Below are positions 38,694 through 50,900 of a stretch of DNA of 64,000 bases, piece after piece. The notes under the pieces are model-generated. The model made no database searches. It had not been told where the DNA came from and saw only the letters and a program-made list of their open reading frames with translations. The position numbers and the translations under genes were made by a program. The stretch's first letter is position 1, and each line of letters opens with the position of its first letter. Source of the stretch: Eledone cirrhosa (Eukaryota); contig OZ024740.1 in NCBI GenBank assembly GCA_964016885.1, positions 31,558,001-31,622,000 of the forward strand. Reading direction: 5' to 3'.

Positions 38694-41075
38694 TTAATGA
38701 TGACGGCGTACTTGCCATCACCGACGCTGATAAGAAGGTAGCTTAGAAGTGTCACTATGAAAGGCTACTAAATGAGGAGAATAAATGGGAGAAAGACAGT
38801 CTCCCCCACATCGACCCAATAGAGGGACCAGCAGTGTTAGTCGAGGGTAGTATAATAAGTAACGCAATCAAGGATATGAAGACGGGTAAGGCGGCTGGGC
38901 CTTCGGAAATAGTTGCTGAGATGCTGAAGGCATCTGGCACGGTGGGACACACCATGGTCACCCGCATAGTTAACCAAGTCGTACAGAATGGGGTTGTTCC
39001 GAAGGACTGGCATAGCAGCATCATCGTTAACTGTTATAAGGGTAAAGGAGATGCCCTAGATAGGAGTAACTATAGAGGCATTAAATTAATCGACCAGGTC
39101 ATGAAGGTCACGGAAAAAGTAATAGCGCAACTAATCAGAGAGAGAATTGACCTAGATGAAATGCAGTTCGGGTTTGTGTCAGGCAAAAGTACCACAGACG
39201 CTCTTTTCATTGTACGACAACTACAGGAGAAGTACCTAGCTAAAGGTAAACCCCTCTACTTAGCTTTTGTCGACTTGGAGAAAGCCTTCGACAGAGTCCC
39301 CCGTTCCATTATCTGGTGGGCTCTTAGAAAACTAGGTGTTGACGAATGGCTTGTGAGAGCTATACAAGCCATGTATAAAGAAACAGTCAGCAAGGTTAGA
39401 ATTAACAACGAATATAGCGAAGAGTTTACCGTAAAAGTTGGCGTCCATCAGGGCTCTGTTCTCAGCCCCCTACTATTTATTATTGCCCTTCAGGCTATAA
39501 CAGAGGAGTTCAAGACTGGCTGCCCATGGGAACTCCTATACGCAGACGACCTGACACTCATAGCTGAATCAATGGCCGAGCTAGAGAAGAAATTCCAAAC
39601 ATGGAAGCACGGCCTAGAATCAAAAGGACTTAAAATTAACCTGGCTAAGACTAAAGTTCTAGTTTGTAGGAAAGAAAATAAGGCGGCGGTCCCTTCTGGG
39701 AAATGGCCATGCTCAGTGTGTAGGAAAGGCGTAGGTAGAAACTCCATTTTATGTCCCAAATGCAAAGTATGGGTGCATAAAAGATGTAGTGGGATCACAG
39801 GTAAGCTAACTAAGAACATAGATTTTACATGTGGCTGGTGCTCTGGTGCAATAAGTAGCAGCAAGTGCCCACAGAATACTAGCTCTTACAACTGCGCAGA
39901 GGGCTCTATAGAAATAGTGGACAGCTTCCGTTACCTGGGTGACAAAATCAGCAGTGGGGGAGGGTGCTCTGAAAGTACAGTAGCTAGAGTCAGAACTGGA
40001 TGGAAAAAGTTCAGAGAGCTTATACCACTATTAGCTGCTAAAGGGTTCTCCCTAAAAATGAAAGGCAGGTTGTATGATGCCTGCATACGAACAGCAATGT
40101 TGCATGGCAGTGAGACCTGGGCATTGTGTGCAGAGGATATACGCAGACTAGAGAGGAACGAAGCTTGCATGCTCCGCTGGATGTGTAACAGTAATATATG
40201 TGAACAGCAAAGCATAAACGAACTAAGGAAAAAATTAGAAATAAGAGGGATCAGATGTTGTTTACTCGAGAGAAGGCTACGTTGGTATGCACGTGATGCG
40301 CATGAAAGTCAATAGCTGTATAACAAAGTGCAGGGCAATAAAGATAGACGGTAGCCACGGAATAGGCAGACCTAGAAAAACCTGGGACGAGCTGATAAAC
40401 TCCGACCTCATACACTTAGACCTCTCCAAGACAATGTCACTGGACCGAGACCTTTGGCGGTACTCAGTAACAGAGAAGACCCGCCTTACCTAAATACATA
40501 GTAAAACCTACTACAGCCAGTAGGCATCTCTAACAAAATACACCCCCGTCCCACCACCCCCACCACATCCACACCGCCCCTTCTATGTAAAGTTATGTTG
40601 GTGCCACGCCATCCAGGCCAAAACAAATGAGATCGTGTAGGTGTCACGACAAAAAAACACACAGTCCACGCTGTAATGTGGCCATGTAGGCAACACGGTA
40701 AAAACCTCCCAGTTCCACACTGTAAATATGGTTGGTGTTAGGAAGGGCATCCAACTGTAGAAAACCTGCCAGACAGTCCTATGCGAGCAAGACAATCACT
40801 CTTGCCTCAAGTGGGAATACCCCCGTCCAAACCCATGCAAGCGTGGAACACGGACGTTAAACGTTGATGATGATGATGATGATGATGATGATAACAAAGG
40901 AATTGTGTTAAGGAACCAAATGAACCATAACGCACCAGAGTACTCGATACTTAGGGTAGTAGAGTGGGTAATATGAAAAAGTATGACTCCGACGGCAGAG
41001 CTCAAGCCGTTTCGACGGGTATTTCTGGACCAGAAATAGCCGTCTTGAGCTCTGCCGTCGGGGTCATACTTTTTC

Positions 41076-41108
<33 letters not shown>

Positions 41109-41207
41109 CATATATATTTCCCACTCTACTACCCTAAGTATTGAGTACTCTGGTGCGTTACGGTTCATCTGGTTCCTTACCACAATTCCTTTGTTACATA
41201 TATATAT

Positions 41208-41303
<96 letters not shown>

Positions 41304-41371
41304 AAATATATATATATATGTATATATACATATATATATACATATATATATACATATATATATACATATAT

Positions 41372-41410
<39 letters not shown>

Positions 41411-44400
41411 GGCGCCACGGAAAAAAGCACTCAGCACTCACTGTAAATGAGGTTGGTGTTAGGAAGGGCATCCAGCTGTAGAAATCAAGCCAGAATCAGT
41501 TCCCGTATAAGCAAGGCATGGTCAGCCGACTGGACACTGCCCACAACAGGACAACCCGTCTTACCCATGCTAGCATGGAAGAACGGACGTAAAACGGTGA
41601 TGATGAGGATGATGATGATATATATATATATATATATTAGGAGACATGGTAAAAAGGCTCCCAGTCCACACTTTAAATGTGGTAGGTGTTAGGAAGGGCA
41701 TCCAGCCATAGAAAACCTGCCAGATAGTCCTATACGAGCGAGACAAAGTCACCCGATCAACCTTGCCTCAAGTGGGACAATTCCCATCTAATCCATGCTA
41801 GCGTGGAAGATGGACATTAAACGATGATGATGATGATATATATATATATACTTAAATACATACACACACACACACATACACACATATGTATATATATGTG
41901 TGTGTGTGTGTGTGTATGTATGTATATATCATCATCATCATCATCATCATCATTGTTTAACGTCTATCTTCCATTCTAGCATGGGTTAGACGGGTGTTGT
42001 CCCACTTGAGGCAAGATTGCTGTAGTGGAGTCTGTGCTGCTGTACAAGTCTGAGGCTTGGACACTGAGAAACTCACTCAGATGGTGGATGGGTGCTACAC
42101 GAAAATGCTGAGGATGGCTCTGAACATTAATCAGTTTACACTGAGGATGAAGAACTCAGAGCTGTACGGGAACCTCTCAAAAGTCAGCTCAAAAGTAGTA
42201 CAGAGGAGACTGAGGTTAGATGGACATGCTCACCGACATCCAGAGTTGACTCTGCACTCAGTGCTCCTGTGGGAGCCCCTGCATGGACACACTGGAAGAG
42301 GAAGACCAAGGTTGATATATGTTGATGCCCTAAGGACAGACACTGGTCCCTTGGAGACGCAGGACATGGCAGCGATGACGAGGGACAGAGACTGCTGAAG
42401 AGAGCTCGTCCATAGATCTCGGGAATTTTACCCACCCTAGATAGATAGATATATATTAAATTTAAACCCACATCTCACACTGGGATGGATAATTGGCTTT
42501 TTTTTTAGCCCATTTGATTTTTATTTCCCCACCCAACTGAGATTTGGACTTAAATTTAATATATTTTAATACTTGTCTAAGTGGATTATTGATTTATTAA
42601 TTTAATCATTGAGATGCCTACATATTGAGAGACATTTACTTTATGAATATCATTAACTAGAAACCTTTTTGAAATGTTTTTGAGGATGGTGGATTGCCAG
42701 AATTGTTAAATTATTGGACAAATGTTTTGTGATATTTGTTTCCGCTCTTTATATTCTGAGTTCAAATATCATTGATGTCAATTTTGTCTTTTATCTTTTC
42801 AAGGATCAATAAAATAAAGTAGAAATCTAGTACTGGAGTCAATGTAATTGATTTTTTCTCTTCCCCAAATTACTGGTATTGTGCCTAAATTAGAAATCAT
42901 TAATTAGAAATTTCATTACCCAATTTCTTGTCTTATATTTGTAGTGCCAGCAACAGTATTCCATGAAGATGATGGTGATGGGTTATGGAGGACATGGGAA
43001 AACAACACTTATCCGAAGTCTTTTGAAAGAGAAGAAACAAACAACAGATACTGCAACTGTTGGTATTGTTGTTAGAAGATGGAAGTAAGCCATTTTTTTT
43101 TTTACCTTATATGTATTGGAGTGATATAATGGATGAATGAAAAAATTATTAGTTTACCACCTCATTAGTTTTACTCATCATGGATTCCTTTTTAAGGCAT
43201 TGATATATGACCAGGTGTGCTTCTTGGTGCCAACCTTTTTAGTTGCCTCTTATGACAAATAGAGGTTTGGTGTTTGAAGAAGAAGGAAAGTAACTGGGTG
43301 AGATGATTGATGGAAATGAATGTGGAAGGAAGTAAAAGAAGGGAAAGGCCAAGAAATACATGGCTAAAGATGATGGAGGAGAAAATGAAAATCAGCGTTT
43401 TGGTAAAATAGATAGGCTTATCATGGGACCAGTGAGGCCAACCCTTGCTTTAGCAGAGAAAATGGCCTTAAAATGCTTGTTGATGTTGTTTGTTGTAGTT
43501 TACCAGCTCATTCATTATAAGCTCAATGAGGGTTAGAGTTAGAGTTACCTGATCTGCTAGAATTGGAGAGTTTCTCTATTTCCTTGGAAGATATATTATC
43601 ATCTGTGGGGATTAATATATCTATTAGAGGGTATTTTTTTTTTCTTTGTGGTCTTTGACTATAATATCTGGTCAGTTGGCCTTGATCTCTCTGTATGTAT
43701 TGGCATTCATCATCATCATCATCATCATCATCATTTTACGTCCGCTTTTCCCTGCTTGCAAGGGTGGGACGGGTCTTATTCAGCACAGCATCTCTCCACT
43801 CGTCACGGTCCCTCGTCATCTCCACCGTAAGCTTCAATGATCTGAGGTCTGTTCTCACCACCTCCGCCCATGTTTTTCGTGGTCTACCTCTACCATGTCT
43901 TCCTTCAACTGGCAATTCCTGGCACTTCTTCACCCATCGGTCATCCTCCATGCGTATCACATGCCCATACCACCTCAGTCTCCTCTCCCGTACACTACAT
44001 TCTATCCCTCTCAGACACAGTTTCTCTCTCAACACATTTATGCTGGGTCGTTCACGCACATTTACACTGCACATCCAATGGAGCATGCTTGCCTCATTTC
44101 TCTTCAGCCGTCGCATATCCTCTGCAGTTGCTGCCCTTGTCTCACTACCATGCAGCATCGCGCTCCTCACACAGGCATCATACAACCGGCCTTTCGTACG
44201 CAGGGAGAAACCCTTCTTCGTCAACAGAGGAAGCAGCTCCCTAAACTTCTTCCAACCCGTCCTTATTCTAGATACTATGGCCTCGGAACACCCTCCTCCC
44301 ATGCTAATCTGATCTCCTAGGTACCGGAAGCTATCCACCACTTCTATAGCGCCCTCTTGCATTTGAAAAATGTGTCTATCAATGTGACTTCTACTGTCTA

Positions 44401-44866
44401 ATTTCCCTGTACATCTACTGCATACATATTTCTCCCTACTTGTTAGTTTGCCTGCTATCCCGCTACATCTCTTGTGTACCCAGGATCTGCATTGTGTGCA
44501 TTTTATAGAATTTATGCCAGTTCCTTTTCTGCATATCGAAATGGCCATTTCCCTGACGGAATCAGGGTTTTGTCCTCTATTATTATATTCAGATATATCT
44601 GAAAACTGACATTTCAAAACTATATTATTTTGATATAATGGTTCACTTTGTCTTTCCCTGCTAATCATATATGACTTTAAAAATATATTGATTCTATATC
44701 CAGATACAAACATTCCCGACACAAGAAAACTGTTGAATATTGTATTACAACATGGGATTTTGCTGGCCAGGAAGACTTCTACAGTACTCATCAGTGTTTC
44801 ATCTCTCGCCAAGCTATTTATCTGGTCAGTTTACAAAATGTTCAACTGCCTGCCTTTCTCTGTCTT

Positions 44867-44908
<42 letters not shown>

Positions 44909-47900
44909 GTGGTGGTGAGTGGGGGGGTTGCTAAAGGGGGCGGTGAGTAGATGTATGCTGTGTACAAGAGGTGAGATGGAGGGGTGCCTCTGCAACACTA
45001 CTCACAGGCAAACAGCATAATTACAAGTTCTTCTAGGTAGGAAATAACGATGGGGTAGGTGGTGCAATCATTCTACTAGCTGAGAAATGGTTAGATAATG
45101 TAATAAATATGGTTGGAATAAGTGACAGAATTATTAAGCTCAGATTAGTTGTAGGCAATAGAATGGTAACCGTGACCTCTACATATGCGCCACAAGAGAA
45201 TAAAAAGGACTATTTCTACAATTACTGTTGACAGAGACCTCATCATTCTCGATGGTAACTTCAATGGACATGTTGGGCAGCACCAGGATGGATTCGCTGG
45301 AGTACATGGTGGATATGTATATAGCTCAAGAAATGAAGAGTGATTGAGGCTCCTAGAATTCTGTGATGCAAATGGATTAATCATTTGCAACAGTAACTCC
45401 AGGAATTCTGCCAGCCATCTAATCACCTACCAATGGGGTGTACATACAAGCCAAATTGACTACTTATAAAACAACAAGATAGATGGATGATTATAAATGA
45501 TAAGACCTACTTCACTGAAGAATGCACTGCCCAGCACAAGTTAGTTATTAGTGACATCAGAATAAACATGATGAAACAAGACATCCAGGGGTATATAGAG
45601 AGTATGGAAGCTAAAGGACCTTTCTGTTAAATATAGGTTTAGATACATTTGACATAGAGGACAATTGGAAATTCTTACTTGGCAGCCTACTGCGAACTAC
45701 TGATGAGACTTGTGGCTGGAGCAAAGTACCAGCCAGATAAAGGGTCACCTGGGTGTGGAAGTACAGTAGACAGAGCCATCAAGTCCAAGAGATAGGCAAG
45801 AAAAGACTGGAAAAAATGTATGTAGCAGAGACCAGTACTGGGTAGCTAAGAGAGAAGCTAAGTGACAGGTATATACAGCTCAGAAAGAGGCCAAAAGAAG
45901 GTTTGCCAAGATCCTCAGACATGAGGTGTTCCATTTTGCAAGGCAGTGTGTCAGTGTGAATCAGGATGTTGTTGGGGAAAAGTGTGTTTGAAATTAATCT
46001 GGTGCACTAAGCATTACTGATGCTCCAAAGAAAGAGGCCTGGAAATGCAATTATGAGAGACTGATGATTGGAGAATGAATGGGAGGATGAGAGTACCTCC
46101 TACCTACCAACAGAGTGGCCAGCTATCGAAATCAACAGTTTTAGGGTCAAAGGAATGATCAAAGAGATAAAGAATAGTAGGAAGAATGTGAGAAGTAGGA
46201 GCTGAAATAGTCACCTGCATAGTAATCAGGTAATTCAAGATGGTGTCATACTGCAGCAGTACAATCATAAATTCATACAGAGGAAAAAGTGACTCTCAAA
46301 AAAGAGCAACTATAGAGAAATAAAACTAATGGACCAAGTTATGAAAGTGGTGGAAAGAGTTCTAGCACAGCTAATTAGGGAAAGAGTAAAGTTAGACAAG
46401 ATTCAGTTCGGTTTTGTGCCTGAGAGAAGTACTACAGATGCCCTCCTCCTAGTGAGACAACTACAAGAGAAGTTCCTCACCAAGAATAAGCCATATATTT
46501 ATATTTTGTTGATCTGGTGGTCCGTAAGGAAACTAGAGGTAGAAGAGTGGCTTGTGGGAGCAGTGCAAGCCGTGTACAGAGTAGATGTAAAGTGAGATTA
46601 GGAAAGGAGTTTAGTGAGGAGTACAAGATACAGATAGGAGTTCATCAGGGCTTGGTCCTCGCCTCACTTCTGTTCATTATAGTTTCCCAGGTCATAACAG
46701 AGGAGTTTAAGACTGGTTGTCCATGGGAACTTCTGTACGCTGAAGATCTGGTCCTCATAGCTGAAACTGTGGAAGAACTAGAGATTAAGTTCCGACTGTG
46801 GAAACAGAATTTGGAATCAAAAGGGCTGAGAGTAAATTTAGCCAAAACTAAAATGCTAGTGAGTAGGAGAGAAGATAGGACCCTGATTCCTTCAGTGACC
46901 CTGCTCAGTATGTAGAAAAAGAGTAGGCATAAATTTTTTTTGATGTACACAATGTAAATCTTGATTACACCAAAGATAGTAGGCTATTCATGATTGAAGG
47001 TTTGATTTGAGACATAACTTTTGTTTTCTTGGAATAAAGAGTAGTCTATGATATGAATAACACATTCCATTCCAGATATATTAGCAATACTCAAATGTAT
47101 TTTAAAGTGTTAGTGAATGTTCAGGACTGAAGTATTTTTTTTACTCTCAAGATGTAAGCTATCACTTGTGAAATAGTCAGGACTGTGTGTGTGTGTATGT
47201 GACAGCTGACACCTATGCAGGTTTAGATGGCCTCCTCCAAGGTATATCTCGTTGGAAGTGTCTTGGGTGATTTAATGGTAGGGACCCAGTCCTATCATCT
47301 CATTTCTACAGCTGAGTAAACTGGACCAACGTGAAATAAAGTGTCTTGCTTAAGGAAACAACACATCACCCGGTCCGAGAATTGAACTCACAACCTTTCG
47401 ATTGCAAGTCCAATGCTCTAACCACTAAGCCATGAGCCTTCACAGGACTGTGTGGTTGCTATTAAAAGCTGTTAGAAATTAATGTGCAGAAATGATGATG
47501 CTAAAGGTATGATATGATGATTTTTTCCTTATCTTCCTTCCATTGTGTTGATAATAAATATGTTTTCAATTTATCAGGTTGTGTTTGATCTTCGTAGTAA
47601 ACAAACAGATGTCTTGAAATGTTGGCTTGCTAATATACAGGCACAAGCCCCAGGCTGTCCTGTTTTAATTGTTGGCACTCATTATGATTTAATTCCTCGA
47701 GGTATGTATCAAGCTTCTTTTTTCTTGCTTTACTTCATTTCTGAGGGATGTGAATTGGCAGAGTCATTCAAACATCGGAGAGAATGCTTTGCGGTATTCA
47801 TTCCAGTTTTCTGCAGTAAAACCCTTTCTCCGTAAAGTTATGTTGGTACCACAACATCCAGTCCAAACTAATGAGGTCGTGTAGGTGTCATGACAAAAAA

Positions 47901-50900
47901 ACACACAGTCCACGCTGTAATGTGGCCGTGTAGGTAACACGGTAAAAAGCTCCCAGTCCGCACTGTAAATGTGGTTGGTGTTAGGAAGGGCATCCAGCCA
48001 TAGAAAACCTGCCAGATAGTCCAATACGAGTGAGACACGGTCACCCAACCAATCTTGCCTCAAGTGGGACAATTCCCGTCTAACCCATGCTAGCATGGAA
48101 GATAGACGTTAAACGATGATGGTGATGATGAATCCTGCTGAGGTCACCTTTGCTTTTTATCCTCTCAAAGTCAATCAAAAGTACCTGACAAGTACTGGCA
48201 TTGATCTTTCCATTATAACTCTTTCTCACTCTCTGGAAGAAATTGGTTATGTTCTGACCTGGAAAAGAGATGAGCTTGGCCAGATTTAAAGTGCCCAAGA
48301 CATGCTGTATGCCATGGCAATACTCCCATAACTCCATCTGGTGTTATGGATTCCCCCCCCCCACACACACACATACCCACACATATGAGCAAGGCATAGC
48401 GGCCAACTGGCCAGACCTCCCTTATAATGGGATCACCCAGCTCCCAAATTACGATTCCAATGTGAGCAGGGTACGACATGGCCAACTGGCCAGACCTCCC
48501 TTATAATAGGATCACCCAGCTCCCAAATTACGATTCCAATGTGAGCAGGGTACGACATGGCCAACTGGCCAGACCCTCTCCACCCAGTTCAACACTGTAA
48601 ACATAGTTGGTGTTAGGAAGGTCATCCAGCAGCTGTAAAAACCTAGCCAATACACAGTCCCAATATGTGCAAGGTACAGCATGGTCATCTGGCCAGTGAT
48701 ATCCCATAACAGGACCACCCAGTTCCTCACTATAAAATGGCTGGTGTTAGGAAAGGCATCCAGCTGTAAAACTCCCAGCCAAAATACAGTTCCGTTTGAG
48801 CAAGGTATGGCATGGCCAGCTGGCCAGACTTGTCTCATAACATGGATTACCTGTCTAACCCATGTAAGCATGGAAAAATAGACATTAAACAGTGATATTG
48901 ATGATGATGATGATGATACATACCTCACTTCTGATCACATCTTCAAACTGTGGCAAACTTGGAGCCTTAACCTCTTCAGTGCTGTAGACGTGATAACTCG
49001 TCCTAACATGTTTGAACTCTTTTCCAACAGTTCATAACTTCAAAGCTAGATGGGGTTACTAATTTATTGATGTCATGTTTGTCAATCATTCAGATATGTG
49101 TTGCTAATAAATGTTTGTTAAAAAAAATAGTCATTTTGCTGAAGAAAAAAAAAACCGACACAGCGACTGTAGCTGTGTAAAATATATACGGCAGTCAACA
49201 GGTTAAATCTATATTTGAAAAAAAAAAGTATTGTTTTTTTCTATTTATATCTAATTAAATTTATTCATTCATTGATTTATTCATTTATTTTTCAGGTGAT
49301 GAATCCATTCAAGAACTAAAAGATAAAATACTCCAATTCCAAAAAATGCCACGTATGTTTATTTGCTTCAATATTGTTATTGTTTTCGTTCTCATGCAAG
49401 AACACAATGTAAACTTAATATTTCCTGTAACTGCAATTTCAGATTAATCCAGACAACTAAGATACTAGTAGTTTCTATCCTATCACTTTTCTTGCATTAT
49501 ACATGTGGCCATCAATGATCAAATTTATCTCTCTTTAACCCTTTAGTATTTACATTACTCTATATATACTATTATATTTTTGTGGTAAAGGCTTTATCTC
49601 ACATAATATTGAATTTATGAGATTTTGATATTATTTATTTTGAGAAAAATACCTTAACATCAGTATGAGGGGCTGCTTACAGCTGGTTTGAACAGAAAGA
49701 GGTGAGAGAATTCTGGCTGGATAGAGCCGGTTCAAATACTAAAGGGTTAAGTGTGTTGGCCCTCCTTTGGTTTCAATGACAAGTGTTCAACTTGATATGA
49801 TCAATGGAACAGCCTGCTTGTGAAGTTTGCATGCAAGTGGCTGAGCATTCTACAAATACATGTATCCTTAACATAGTTCTGACCCTTTGCTGACCCTTTG
49901 AATTGCAGATACAACTCATTTTTGCCAGCTCACTGAAATAATTGTTTCTACTTTTGCCACAAGGCCAGCAATTATCCTAGTGTATTACTGGTACTTTATT
50001 TTATTGACCCTGTAAGGATGAAAGGCAAAGTTAACCTCGGCGGGATTTGAACTCAGATCATAAAGGGGCGTAACTCTATGCTGCAAAGCATGGCGTCCGA
50101 CGCTCTACCGATACTACCAATCCACCAAATAATGTGAAATAAAGTGCTTTGCTCAAGAAAATGTGTCATTAGGAAACTTACAACATTACGATCATAAGCC
50201 AAACACCCTAACCACTAAGCTACTTGCCTTCACATAAACAGATATCACAAAATAGTACAGTTTACCATTATAAGGCAGTGTATCAGCATTCATAGATGTT
50301 CTATGAATATTCTGTTACCTGGTTGTTGCTTGACAAAACCAACCAATGTTAATTAAACATTACCCTACACATTGCTGTGAATACTGTTGTACTAAAAACT
50401 ATATTATATTAAACCAAAATCATTCTGTGAAAATTGTTTGATTGGTGACTAAGTCTATTTTTCACTCTTTACTTCTCACTTCATAGGTTAGACGGGATCA
50501 TCATCATCATCATCATCATCACCGTTTTACGTCCGTTCTTCCACGCTAGCATGGGTTAGACGGGTTGTCCTGTTGTGGGAAGTGTCTGGTCGGCTGACCA
50601 TGCCTTGCTCATACAGGAACTGATTTGGCTTGATTTCTACAGCTGGATGCCCTTCCTAACACCAACCTCATTTACAGTGAGTGCTGGGTGCTTTTTCGTG
50701 GCGCCTACACGTCCACTTTACAGTGTGGGCTGGGTGCTTTTTTGCCGTGGCACCTCCACGACCACTTTGCGGTGGGAGGTGTGGGGGAATATTGTCTATA
50801 TGCTTCAGCTTGTACCCATGGGAGGTCGGGTACTCTGTATTACTGCGTGATGCCAGAGGTCACAGTCGTGTGTCATCGCCTTTGAGAGGTGTAATTGGGT

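Noticed and set aside
38834-40315. Active autonomous retrotransposon
   Set aside because: It is 5'-truncated with no endonuclease domain and is frameshifted near the 3' end. No intact autonomous element is present in the window.
43736-44812. 358-aa minus-strand ORF overlapping exon N as a chimeric antisense gene
   Set aside because: An RTE 3' fragment extended by chance through intron and antisense exon sequence; there is no independent evidence of a gene.
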